Below the pieces are notes generated by a model, which was not told where the DNA came from, did not search any database, and saw nothing but the letters and a program-made list of their open reading frames with translations. 64,000 nucleotides of DNA from Gordius albopunctatus (Eukaryota), in contig OZ193910.1 in assembly GCA_964276515.1 (NCBI GenBank), positions 6,448,001-6,512,000 on the forward strand, written 5' to 3'. The first letter of the stretch is position 1, and each line of letters opens with the position of its first letter. The position numbers and the translations under genes were made by a program. Below, one piece after another: positions 1-13,500 of the stretch.

Positions 1-372
1 AATTCAGTTACGATCAGGGGCGATCCTTAGCACATAGGGGACGCCGTAGGAATACATTTGTGAATTAATTTTTAATTCTAGGCGCCATTTTATAGGAGAT
101 TTAAGGATTTTAGAGTATTTTGCGTCGGGCAGGATGCTAGGTGTCCGTCCTCAACGGAATTGGCGTATAGCGTGTGAAAGGGAGTGAGTAAACCGAGAAC
201 GCGATAATGAAACTGTTTCGAGCTGTATAATTACTACCAACAATCAAAAAGTTAAATATTCCACGTATTGCGTCATCGATTACGACAAAATACACACATT
301 TCGATGCTCTCGCGTCAATTTTAAGTGATAAAATATGGGTGGGAAATAAAAAAGTAAGAATCTTGCCTGATT

Positions 373-378
373 TATAAG
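373..378 (+). promoter_or_regulatory. Upstream TATA-like element (TATAAG, -29 to -24), present in essentially every unit
   Basis: Position matches the -30/-25 TATA-like elements known upstream of many eukaryotic 5S genes. There is a C at -1. Confidence 0.7.
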
Positions 379-401
379 CACAATTTTCGCTTTAAATCTA
401 C

Positions 402-520
402 GTTTACGACCATATCACGTTGAAAACACCGGTTCCCTTCCGAACACCGAAGTTAAGCAACGTTGAGCCCGGTTAGTACTTGGATGGGTGACCGCTTGGG
501 AATCCCGGGTGTTGTAACCT
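402..520 (+). rRNA. 5S rRNA: 5S rRNA (first copy; G2T 5' variant GTTTAC)
   Basis: 119 nt with eukaryotic 5S motifs ACCATATCACGTTGAA, GAAGTTAAGC and TTAGTACTTGGATGGGTGACCGCTTGGGAA. The ends pair as helix I, and a T-run follows. Confidence 0.97.
451..498 (+). promoter_or_regulatory. Pol III type-1 internal control region (box A, intermediate element, box C), representative copy
   Basis: Gene positions 50-97: AGTTAAGC (box A) through TGGATGGGTGACCG (box C), assigned by positional homology to the established TFIIIA-binding ICR. Confidence 0.85.
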
Positions 521-536
521 TTTTAAATATTTTTTT
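520..536 (+). terminator. Pol III terminator: T5 followed by a second T7 tract, representative copy
   Basis: TTTTTAAATATTTTTTT directly follows the gene 3' end. Confidence 0.9.
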
Positions 537-939
537 GAATCCAGTTACGATCAGGGGCGATCCTTAGCACAAAGCGGACGCCGTAGGAATACATTTGTGA
601 ATTAATTTTTAATTCTAGGCGCCATTATATAGGAGATTTAGGGATTTTAGAATATTTTGCGTCGGGCAGAATGCTAGGTGTCCGTTCTCAACGGAATTGG
701 CGTAGTGGCGTCTGAAAGGGAGTAAGTAAATCTGGAACGCGATAATGAAACTGTTTCGAGCTGTATAATTACTACCAACAATCAAAAAGTTAAATATTTT
801 ACGTATTGCGTCATCGATTACGACAAAATACACAAATTTCGATGCTCTCGCGTCAATTTTAAGTGATAAAATATGGATGGGAAATAAAAAAGTAAGAATC
901 TTGATTGATTTATAAGCACAATTTTCGCTTTAAATCTAC

Positions 940-1058
940 GGTTACGACCATATCTCGTTGAAAACACCGGTTCCCTTCCGAACACCGAAGTCAAGCAACG
1001 TTGAGCCCGGTTAGTACTTGGATGGGTGACCGCTTGGGAATCCCGGGTGTTGTAACCT
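940..1058 (+). rRNA. 5S rRNA: 5S rRNA (A16T/T53C variant)
   Basis: GGTTACGAC...GTTGTAACCT, 119 nt, with complementary termini. Confidence 0.95.
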
Positions 1059-1477
1059 TTTTAAATATTTTTTTGAATCCAGTTACGATCAGGGGCGATC
1101 CTTAGCACACAGCGGACGCCGTAGGAATACATTTGTGAATTAGTTTTTAATTCTAGGCGCCATTATATAGGAGATTTAGGGATTTTAGAGTATTTTGCGT
1201 CGGGCAGAATGCTAGGTGTCCGTCCTCAACGGAATTGGCGTAGTGGCGTCTGAAAGGGAGTAAGTAAATCTGGAACGCGATAATGAAACTGTTTCGAGCT
1301 GTATAATTACTACCATCAATCAAAAAGTTAAATATTTTACGTATTGCGTCATCGATTACGACAAAATACACACATTTCGATGCTCTCGCGTCAATTTTAA
1401 GTGATAAAATATGGGTGGGAAATAAAAAAGTAAGAATCTTGCCTGATTTATAAGCACAATTTTCGCTTTAAATCTAC

Positions 1478-1596
1478 GGTTACGACCATATCTCGTTGAA
1501 AACACCGGTTCCCTTCCGAACACCGAAGTCAAGCAACGTTGAGCACGATTAGTACTTGGATGTGTGACCGCTTGGGAATCCCGGGTGTTGTAACCT
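1478..1596 (+). rRNA. 5S rRNA: 5S rRNA, diverged variant (A16T, T53C, C68A, G71A, G86T); possibly non-functional
   Basis: Full length, but with non-compensatory changes in helices II, IV and V and in the internal promoter. Confidence 0.85.
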
Positions 1597-4500
1597 TTTT
1601 AAATATTTTTTTGAATCCAGTTACGATCAGGGGCGATCCTTAGCACATAGGGGACGCCGTAGGAATACATTTGTGAATTAATTTTTAATTCTAGGCGCCA
1701 TTTTATAGGAGATTTAGGGATTTATGAGTATTTTGCGTCGGGCAGAATGCTAGGTGTCCGTCCTCAACGGAATTGGCGTATAGCGTGTGAAAGGGAGTGA
1801 GTAAACCGAGAACCCGATAATGAAACTGTTTCGAGCTGTATAATTACTACCAACAATCAAAAAGTTAAATATTCCACGTATTGCGTCATCGATTACGACA
1901 AAATACACACATTTCGATGCTCTCGCGTCAATTTTAAGTGATAAAATATTGGTGGGAAATAAAAAAGTAAGAATCTTGCCTGATTTATAAGCACAATTTT
2001 CGCTTTGCATCTACGGTTACGACCACATCTCGTTGAAAACACCGGTTCCCTTCCGAACACCGAAGTCAAGCAACGTTGAGCCCGATTAGTACTTGGATGT
2101 GTGACCGCTTGGGAATCCCGGGTGTTGTAACCTTTTTAAATATTTTTTTGAATCCAGTTACGATCAGGGGCGATCCTTAGCACACAGCGGACGCCGTAGG
2201 AATACATTTGTGAATTAATTTTTAATTCTAGGCGCCATTATATAGGAGATTTAGGGATTTTAGAGTATTTTGCGTCGGGCAGAATGCTAGGTGTCCGTCC
2301 TCAACGGAATTGGCGTAGTGGCGTCTGAAAGGGAGTAAGTAAATCTGGAACGCGATAATGAAACTGTTTCGAGCTGTATAATTACTACCAACAATCAAAA
2401 AGTTAAATATTTTACGTATTGAGTCATCGATTACGACAAAATACACACATTTCGATGTCCTCGCTTAATTTTAACTGATAAAATATGGGTGGGAAATAAA
2501 AAAGTAAGAATCTTGCCTGATTTATAAGCACAATTTTCGCTTTGCATCTACGGTTACGACCATATCACGTTGAAAACACCGGTTCCCTTCCGAACACCGA
2601 AGTTAAGCAACGTTGAGCCCGGTTAGTACTTGAATGGGTGACCGCTTGGGAATCCCGGGTGTTGTAACCTTTTTAAATATTTTTTTGAATTCAGTTACGA
2701 TCAGGGGCGATCCTTAGCACATAGGGGACGCCGGAGGAATACATTTGTGAATTAATTTTTAATTCTAGGCGCCATTTTATAGGAGATTTAGGGATTTATG
2801 AGTATTTTGCGTCGGGCAGAATGCTAGGTGTCCGTCCTCAACGGAATTGGCGTATAGCGTGTGAAAGGGAGTGAGTAAACCGAGAACGCGATAATGAAAC
2901 TGTTTCGAGCTGTATAATTACTACCAACAATCAAAAAGTTAAATATTTTACGTATTGAGTCATCGATTACGACAAAATACACACATTTCGATGTCCTCGC
3001 TTAATTTTAAGTGATAAAATATGGGTGGGAAATAAAAAAGTAAGAATCTTGCCTGATTTATAAGCACAATTTTCGCTTTGCACCTACGGTTACGACCATA
3101 TCACGTTGAAAACACCGGTTCCCTTCCGAACACCGAAGTTAAGCAACGTTGAGCCCGGTTACTACTTGGATGGGTGACCGCTTGGGAATCCCGGGTGTTG
3201 TAACCTTTTTAAATATTTTTTTGAATTCAGTTACGATCAGGGGCGATCCTTAGCACATAGGGGACGCCGTAGGAATACATTTGTGAATTAATTTTTAATT
3301 CTAGGCGCCATTTTATAGGAGATTTAAGGATTTTAGAGTATTTTGCGTCGGGCAGGATGCTAGGTGTCCGTCCTCAACGGAATTGGCGTATAGCGTGTGA
3401 AAGGGAGTGAGTAAACCGAGAACGCGATAATGAAACTGTTTCGAGCTGTATAATTACTACCAACAATCAAAAAGTTAAATATTCCACGTATTGCGTCATC
3501 GATTACGACAAAATACACACATTTCGATGCTCTCGCGTCAATTTTAAGTGATAAAATATGGGTGGGAAATAAAAAAGTAAGAATCTTGCCTGATTTATAA
3601 GCACAATTTTCGCTTTAAATCTACGTTTACGACCATATCACGTTGAAAACACCGGTTCCCTTCCGAACACCGAAGTTAAGCAACGTTGAGCCCGGTTAGT
3701 ACTTGGATGGGTGACCGCTTGGGAATCCCGGGTGTTGTAACCTTTTTAAATATTTTTTTGAATCCAGTTACGATCAGGGGCGATCCTTAGCACAAAGCGG
3801 ACGCCGTAGGAATACATTTGTGAATTAATTTTTAATTCTAGGCGCCATTATATAGGAGATTTAGGGATTTTAGAATATTTTGCGTCGGGCAGAATGCTAG
3901 GTGTCCGTTCTCAACGGAATTGGCGTAGTGGCGTCTGAAAGGGAGTAAGTAAATCTGGAACGCGATAATGAAACTGTTTCGAGCTGTATAATTACTACCA
4001 ACAATCAAAAAGTTAAATATTTTACGTATTGCGTCATCGATTACGACAAAATACACAAATTTCGATGCTCTCGCGTCAATTTTAAGTGATAAAATATGGA
4101 TGGGAAATAAAAAAGTAAGAATCTTGATTGATTTATAAGCACAATTTTCGCTTTAAATCTACGGTTACGACCATATCTCGTTGAAAACACCGGTTCCCTT
4201 CCGAACACCGAAGTCAAGCAACGTTGAGCCCGGTTAGTACTTGGATGGGTGACCGCTTGGGAATCCCTGGTGTTGTAACCTTTTTAAATATTTTTTTGAA
4301 TCCAGTTACGATCAGGGGCGATCCTTAGCACACAGCGGACGCCGTAGGAATACATTTGTGAATTAGTTTTTAATTCTAGGCGCCATTATATAGGAGATTT
4401 AGGGATTTTAGAGTATTTTGCGTCGGGCAGAATGCTAGGTGTCCGTCCTCAACGGAATTGGCGTAGTGGCGTCTGAAAGGGAGTAAGTAAATCTGGAACG

Positions 4501-7500
4501 CGATAATGAAACTGTTTCAAGCTGTATAATTACTACCATCAATCAAAAAGTTAAATATTTTACGTATTGCGTCATCGATTACGACAAAATACACACATTT
4601 CGATGCTCTCGCGTCAATTTTAAGTGATAAAATATGGGTGGGAAATAAAAAAGTAAGAATCTTGCCTGATTTATAAGCACAATTTTCGCTTTAAATCTAC
4701 GGTTACGACCATATCTCGTTGAAAACACCGGTTCCCTTCCGAACACCGAAGTCAAGCAACGTTGAGCACGATTAGTACTTGGATGTGTGACCGCTTGGGA
4801 ATCCCGGGTGTTGTAACCTTTTTAAATATTTTTTTGAATCCAGTTACGATCAGGGGCGATCCTTAGCACATAGGGGACGCCGTAGGAATACATTTGTGAA
4901 TTAATTTTTAATTCTAGGCGCCATTTTATAGGAGATTTAGGGATTTATGAGTATTTTGCGTCGGGCAGAATGCTAGGTGTCCGTCCTCAACGGAATTGGC
5001 GTATAGCGTGTGAAAGGGAGTGAGTAAACCGAGAACCCGATAATGAAACTGTTTCGAGCTGTATAATTACTACCAACAATCAAAAAGTTAAATATTCCAC
5101 GTATTGCGTCATCGATTACGACAAAATACACACATTTCGATGCTCTCGCGTCAATTTTAAGTGATAAAATATTGGTGGGAAATAAAAAAGTAAGAATCTT
5201 GCCTGATTTATAAGCACAATTTTCGCTTTGCATCTACGGTTACGACCACATCTCGTTGAAAACACCGGTTCCCTTCCGAACACCGAAGTCAAGCAACGTT
5301 GAGCCCGATTAGTACTTGGATGTGTGACCGCTTGGGAATCCCGGGTGTTGTAACCTTTTTAAATATTTTTTTGAATCCAGTTACGATCAGGGGCGATCCT
5401 TAGCACACAGCGGACGCCGTAGGAATACATTTGTGAATTAATTTTTAATTCTAGGCGCCATTATATAGGAGATTTAGGGATTTTAGAGTATTTTGCGTCG
5501 GGCAGAATGCTAGGTGTCCGTCCTCAACGGAATTGGCGTAGTGGCGTCTGAAAGGGAGTAAGTAAATCTGGAACGCGATAATGAAACTGTTTCGAGCTGT
5601 ATAATTACTACCAACAATCAAAAAGTTAAATATTTTACGTATTGAGTCATCGATTACGACAAAATACACACATTTCGATGTCCTCGCTTAATTTTAACTG
5701 ATAAAATATGGGTGGGAAATAAAAAAGTAAGAATCTTGCCTGATTTATAAGCACAATTTTCGCTTTGCATCTACGGTTACGACCATATCACGTTGAAAAC
5801 ACCGGTTCCCTTCCGAACACCGAAGTTAAGCAACGTTGAGCCCGGTTAGTACTTGAATGGGTGACCGCTTGGGAATCCCGGGTGTTGTAACCTTTTTAAA
5901 TATTTTTTTGAATTCAGTTACGATCAGGGGCGATCCTTAGCACATAGGGGACGCCGTAGGAATACATTTGTGAATTAATTTTTAATTCTAGGCGCCATTT
6001 TATAGGAGATTTAGGGATTTATGAGTATTTTGCGTCGGGCAGAATGCTAGGTGTCCGTCCTCAACGGAATTGGCGTATAGCGTGTGAAAGGGAGTGAGTA
6101 AACCGAGAACGCGATAATGAAACTGTTTCGAGCTGTATAATTACTACCAACAATCAAAAAGTTAAATATTTTACGTATTGAGTCATCGATTACGACAAAA
6201 TACACACATTTCGATGTCCTCGCTTAATTTTAAGTGATAAAATATGGGTGGGAAATAAAAAAGTAAGAATCTTGCCTGATTTATAAGCACAATTTTCGCT
6301 TTGCACCTACGGTTACGACCATATCACGTTGAAAACACCGGTTCCCTTCCGAACACCGAAGTTAAGCAACGTTGAGCCCGGTTACTACTTGGATGGCTGA
6401 CCGCTTGGGAATCCCTGGTGTTGTAACCTTTTTAAATATTTTTTTGAATTCAGTTACGATCAGGGGCGATCCTTAGCACATAGGGGACGCCGTAGGAATA
6501 CATTTGTGAATTAATTTTTAATTCTAGGCGCCATTTTATAGGAGATTTAAGGATTTTAGAGTATTTTGCGTCGGGCAGGATGCTAGGTGTCCGTCCTCAA
6601 CGGAATTGGCGTATAGCGTGTGAAAGGGAGTGAGTAAACCGAGAACGCGATAATGAAACTGTTTCGAGCTGTATAATTACTACCAACAATCAAAAAGTTA
6701 AATATTCCACGTATTGCGTCATCGATTACGACAAAATACACACATTTCGATGCTCTCGCGTCAATTTTAAGTGATAAAATATGGGTGGGAAATAAAAAAG
6801 TAAGAATCTTGCCTGATTTATAAGCACAATTTTCGCTTTAAATCTACGTTTACGACCATATCACGTTGAAAACACCGGTTCCCTTCCGAACACCGAAGTT
6901 AAGCAACGTTGAGCCCGGTTAGTACTTGGATGGGTGACCGCTTGGGAATCCCGGGTGTTGTAACCTTTTTAAATATTTTTTTGAATTCAGTTACGATCAG
7001 GGGCGATCCTTAGCACATAGGGGACGCCGTAGGAATACATTTGTGAATTAATTTTTAATTCTAGGCGCCATTTTATAGGAGATTTAGGGATTTTAGGTTA
7101 TTTTGCGTCGGGCAGGATGCTAGGTGTCCGTCCTCAACGGAATTGACGTATAGCGTGTGAAAGGGAGTGAGTAAACCGAGAACGCGATAATGAAACTGTT
7201 TCGAGCTGTATAATTACTACCAACAATCAAAAAGTTAAATATTCCACGTATTGCGTCATCGATTACGACAAAATACACACATTTCGATGCTCTCGCGTCA
7301 ATTTTAAGTGATAAAATATGGGTGGGAAATAAAAAAGTAAGAATCTTGCCTGATTTATAGCACAATTTTCGCTTTAAATCTACGTTTACGACCATATCAC
7401 GTTGAAAACACCGGTTCCCTTCCGAACACCGAAGTTAAGCAACGTTGAGCCCGGTTAGTACTTGGATGGGTGACCGCTTGGGAATCCCGGGTGTTGTAAC

Positions 7501-10500
7501 CTTTTTAAATATTTTTTTGAATCCAGTTACGATCAGGGGCGATCCTTAGCACAAAGCGGACGCCGTAGGAATACATTTGTGAATTAATTTTTAATTCTAG
7601 GCGCCATTATATAGGAGATTTAGGGATTTTAGAATATTTTGCGTCGGGCAGAATGCTAGGTGTCCGTTCTCAACGGAATTGGCGTAGTGGCGTCTGAAAG
7701 GGAGTAAGTAAATCTGGAACGCGATAATGAAACTGTTTCGAGCTGTATAATTACTACCAACAATCAAAAAGTTAAATATTTTACGTATTGCGTCATCGAT
7801 TACGACAAAATACACAAATTTCGATGCTCTCGCGTCAATTTTAAGTGATAAAATATGGATGGGAAATAAAAAAGTAAGAATCTTGATTGATTTATAAGCA
7901 CAATTTTCGCTTTAAATCTACGGTTACGACCATATCTCGTTGAAAACACCGGTTCCCTTCCGAACACCGAAGTCAAGCAACGTTGAGCCCGGTTAGTACT
8001 TGGATGGGTGACCGCTTGGGAATCCCGGGTGTTGTAACCTTTTTAAATATTTTTTTGAATCCAGTTAAGATCAGGAGCGATCCTTAGCACACAGCGGACG
8101 CCGTAGGAATACATTTGTGAATTAGTTTTTAATTCTAGGCGCCATTATATAGGAGATTTAGGGATTTTAGAGTATTTTGCGTCGGGCAGAATGCTAGGTG
8201 TCCGTCCTCAACGGAATTGGCGTAGTGGCGTCTGAAAGGGAGTAAGTAAATCTGGAACGCAATAATGAAACTGTTTCGAGCTGTATAATTACTACCATCA
8301 ATCAAAAAGTTAAATATTTTACGTATTGCGTCATCGATTACGACAAAATACACACATTTCGATGCTCTCGCGTCAATTTTAAGTGATAAAATATGGGTGG
8401 GAAATAAAAAAGTAAGAATCTTGCCTGATTTATAAGCACAATTTTCGCTTTAAATCTACGGTTACGACCATATCTCGTTTAAAACACCGGTTCCCTTCCG
8501 AACACCGAAGTCAAGCAACGTTGAGCCCGATTAGTACTTGGATGTGTGACCGCTTGGGAATCCCGGGTGTTGTAACCTTTTTAAATATTTTTTTGAATCC
8601 AGTTACGATCAGGGGCGATCCTTAGCACATAGGGGACGCCGTAGGAATACATTTGTGAATTAATTTTTAATTCTAGGCGCCATTTTATAGGAGATTTAGG
8701 GATTTATGAGTATTTTGCGTCGGGCAGAATGCTAGGTGTCCGTCCTCAACGGAATTGGCGTATAGCGTGTGAAAGGGAGTGAGTAAACCGAGAACCCGAT
8801 AATGAAACTGTTTCGAGCTGTATAATTACTACCAACAATCAAAAAGTTAAATATTCCACGTATTGCGTCATCGATTACGACAAAATACACACATTTCGAT
8901 GCTCTCGCGTCAATTTTAAGTGATAAAATATGGGTGGGAAATAAAAAAGTAAGAATCTTGCCTGATTTATAAGCACAATTTTCGCTTTAAATCTACGTTT
9001 ACGACCATATCACGTTGAAAACACCGGTTCCCTTCCGAACACCGAAGTTAAGCAACGTCGAGCCCGGTTAGTACTTGGATGGGTGACCGCTTGGGAATCC
9101 CGGGTGTTGTAACCTTTTTAAATATTTTTTTGAATCCAGTTACGATCAGGGGCGATCCTTAGCACAAAGCGGACGCCGTAGGAATACATTTGTGAATTAA
9201 TTTTTAATTCTAGGCGCCATTATATAGGAGATTTAGGGATTTTAGAATATTTTGCGTCGGGCAGAATGCTAGGTGTCCGTTCTCAACGGAATTGGCGTAG
9301 TGGCGTCTGAAAGGGAGTAAGTAAATCTGGAACGCGATAATGAAACTGTTTCGAGCTGTATAATTACTACCAACAATCAAAAAGTTAAATATTTTACGTA
9401 TTGCGTCATCGATTACGACAAAATACACAAATTTCGATGCTCTCGCGTCAATTTTAAGTGATAAAATATGGATGGGAAATAAAAAAGTAAGAATCTTGAT
9501 TGATTTATAAGCACAATTTTCGCTTTAAATCTACGGTTACGACCATATCTCGTTGAAAACACCGGTTCCCTTCCGAACACCGAAGTCAAGCAACGTTGAG
9601 CCCGGTTAGTACTTGGATGGGTGACCGCTTGGGAATCCCGGGTGTTGTAACCTTTTTAAATATTTTTTTGAATCCAGTTAAGATCAGGAGCGATCCTTAG
9701 CACACAGCGGACGCCGTAGGAATACATTTGTGAATTAGTTTTTAATTCTAGGCGCCATTATATAGGAGATTTAGGGATTTTAGAGTATTTTGCGTCGGGC
9801 AGAATGCTAGGTGTCCGTCCTCAACGGAATTGGCGTAGTGGCGTCTGAAAGGGAGTAAGTAAATCTGGAACGCAATAATGAAACTGTTTCGAGCTGTATA
9901 ATTACTACCATCAATCAAAAAGTTAAATATTTTACGTATTGCGTCATTGATTACGACAAAATACACACATTTCGATGCTCTCGCGTCAATTTTAAGTGAT
10001 AAAATATGGGTGGGAAATAAAAAAGTAAGAATCTTGCCTGATTTATAAGCACAATTTTCGCTTTAAATCTACGGTTACGACCATATCTCGTTTAAAACAC
10101 CGGTTCCCTTCCGAACACCGAAGTCAAGCAACGTTGAGCCCGATTAGTACTTGGATGTGTGACCGCTTGGGAATCCCGGGTGTTGTAACCTTTTTAAATA
10201 TTTTTTTGAATCCAGTTACGATCAGGGGCGATCCTTAGCACATAGGGGACGCCGTAGGAATACATTTGTGAATTAATTTTTAATTCTAGGCGCCATTTTA
10301 TAGGAGATTTAGGGATTTATGAGTATTTTGCGTCGGGCAGAATGCTAGGTGTCCGTCCTCAACGGAATTGGCGTATAGCGTGTGAAAGGGAGTGAGTAAA
10401 CCGAGAACCCGATAATGAAACTGTTTCGAGCTGTATAATTACTACCAACAATCAAAAAGTTAAATATTCCACGTATTGCGTCATCGATTACGACAAAATA

Positions 10501-13500
10501 CACACATTTCGATGCTGTCGCGTCAATTTTAAGTGATAAAATATTGGTGGGAAATAAAAAAGTAAGAATCTTGCCTGATTTATAAGCACAATTTTCGCTT
10601 TGCATCTACGGTTACGACCACATCTCGTTGAAAACACCGGTTCCCTTCCGAACACCGAAGTCAAGCAACGTTGAGCCCGATTAGTACTTGGATGTGTGAC
10701 CGCTTGGGAATCCCGGGTGTTGTAACCTTTTTAAATATTTTTTTGAATCCAGTTACGATCAGGGGCGATCCTTAGCACACAGCGGACGCCGTAGGAATAC
10801 ATTTGTGAATTAATTTTTAATTCTAGGCGCCATTCTATAGGAGATTTAGGGATTTTAGAGTATTTTGCGTCGGGCAGAATGCTAGGTGTCCGTCCTCAAC
10901 GGAATTGGCGTAGTGGCGTCTGAAAGGGAGTAAGTAAATCTGGAACGCGATAATGAAACTGTTTCGAGCTGTATAATTACTACCAACAATCAAAAAGTTA
11001 AATATTTTACGTATTGAGTCATCGATTACGACAAAATACACACATTTCGATGTCCTCGCTTAATTTTAACTGATAAAATATGGGTGGGAAATAAAAAAGT
11101 AAGAATCTTGCCTGATTTATAAGCACAATTTTCGCTTTGCATCTACGGTTACGACCATATCACGTTGAAAACACCGGTTCCCTTCCGAACACCGAAGTTA
11201 AGCAACGTTGAGCCCGGTTAGTACTTGAATGGGTGACCGCTTGGGAATCCCGGGTGTTGTAACCTTTTTAAATATTTTTTTGAATTCAGTTACGATCAGG
11301 GGCGATCCTTAGCACATAGGGGACGCCGTAGGAATACATTTGTGAATTAATTTTTAATTCTAGGCGCCATTTTATAGGAGATTTAGGGATTTATGAGTAT
11401 TTTGCGTCGGGCAGAATGCTAGGTGTCCGTCCTCAACGGAATTGGCGTATAGCGTGTGAAAGGGAGTGAGTAAACCGAGAACGCGATAATGAAACTGTTT
11501 CGAGCTGTATAATTACTACCAACAATCAAAAAGTTAAATATTCCACGTATTGCGTCATCGATTACGACAAAATACACACATTTCGATGCTCTCGCGTCAA
11601 TTTTAAGTGATAAAATATGGGTGGAAAATAAAAAAGTAAGAATTTTGCCTGATTTATAAGCACAATTTTCGCTTTAAATCTGCGGTTACGACCATATCTC
11701 GTTGAAAACACCGGTTCCCTTCCGAACACCGAAGTTAAGCAACGTTGAGCCCGGTTAGTACTTGGATGGGTGACCGCTTGGGAATCCCGGGTGTTGTAAC
11801 CTTTTTAAATATTTTTTTGAATTCAGTTACGATCAGGGGCGATCCTTAGCACATAGGGGACGCCGTAGGAATACATTTGTGAATTAATTTTTAATTCTAG
11901 GCGCCATTTTATAGGAGATTTACGGATTTATGAGTATTTTGCGTCGGGCAGAATGCTAGGTGTCCGTCCTCAACGGAATTGGCGTATAGCGTGTGAAAGG
12001 GAGTGAGTAAACCGAGAACGCGATAATGAAACTGTTTCGAGCTGTATAATTACTACCAACAATCAAAAAGTTAAATATTCCACGTATTGCGTCATCGATT
12101 ACGACAAAATACACACATTTCGATGCTCTCGCGTCAATTTTAAGTGATAAAATATGGGTGGGAAATAAAAAAGTAAGAATCTTGCCTGATTTATAAGCAC
12201 AATTTTCGCTTTAAATCTACGGTTACGACCATATCACGTTGAAAACACCGGTTCCCTTCCGAACACCGAAGTTAAGCAACGTTGAGCCCGGTTAGTACTT
12301 GGATGGGTGACCGCTTGGGAATCCCGGGTGTTGTAACCTTTTTAAATATTTTTTTGAATTCAGTTACGATTAGGGGCGATCCTTAGCACATAGGGGACGC
12401 CGTAGGAATACATTTGTGAATTAATTTTTAATTCTAGGCGCCATTTTATAGGAGATTTAGGGATTTATGAGTATTTTGCGTCGGGCAGAATGCTAGGTGT
12501 CCGTCCTCAACGGAATTGGCGTATAGCGTGTGAAAGGGAGTGAGTAAACCGAGAACGCGATAATGAAACTGTTTCGAGCTGTATAATTACTACCAACAAT
12601 CAAAAATTTAAATATTCCATGTATTGCGTCATCGATTACGACAAAATACACACATTTCGATGCTCTCGCGTCAATTTTAAGTGATAAAATATGGGTGGGA
12701 AATAAAAAAGTAAGAATCTTGCCTGATTTATAAGCACAATTTTCGCTTTAAATCTACGTTTACGACCATATCACGTTGAAAACACCGGTTCCCTTCCGAA
12801 CACCGAAGTTAAGCAACGTTGAGCCCGGTTAGTACTTGAATGGGTGACCGCTTGGGAATCCCGGGTGTTGTAACCTTTTTAAATATTTTTTTGAATTCAG
12901 TTACGATCAGGGGCGATCCTTAGCACATAGGGGACGCCGTAGGAATACATTTGTGAATTAATTTTTAATTCTAGGCGCCATTTTATAGGAGATTTAGGGA
13001 TTTATGAGTATTTTGCGTCGGGCAGAATGCTAGGTGTCCGTCCTCAACGGAATTGGCGTATAGCGTGTGAAAGGGAGTGAGTAAACCGAGAACGCGATAA
13101 TGAAACTGTTTCGAGCTGTATAATTACTACCAACAATCAAAAAGTTAAATATTCCACGTATTGCGTCATCGATTACGACAAAATACACACATTTCGATGC
13201 TCTCGCGTCAATTTTAAGTGATAAAATATGGGTGGGAAATAAAAAAGTAAGAATCTTGCCTGATTTATAAGCACAATTTTCGCTTTAAATCTACGTTTAC
13301 GACCATATCACGTTGAAAACACCGGTTCCCTTCCGAACACCGAAGTTAAGCAACGTTGAGCCCGGTTACTACTTGGATGGGTGACTCCTTGGGAATCCCG
13401 GGTGTTGTAACCTTTTTAAATATTTTTTTGAATTCAGTTACGATCAGGGGCGATCCTTAGCACATAGGGGACGCCGTAGGAATACATTTGTGAATTAATT

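Noticed and set aside
62..78. GAATTAA-TTT-TTAATTC inverted repeat
   Set aside because: A short AT-rich stem likely to arise by chance, and broken without compensation in some units.
1..401. Hammerhead, twister or HDV ribozyme, or a tRNA, in the spacer
   Set aside because: No CTGATGA...GAAA core with flanking stems, no twister motif and no cloverleaf with box A/B was found by eye on either strand. A covariance search was not run.
637..650. TTTAGGG telomere-like motif
   Set aside because: One exact copy per unit with degenerate neighbours, not a telomeric tract.
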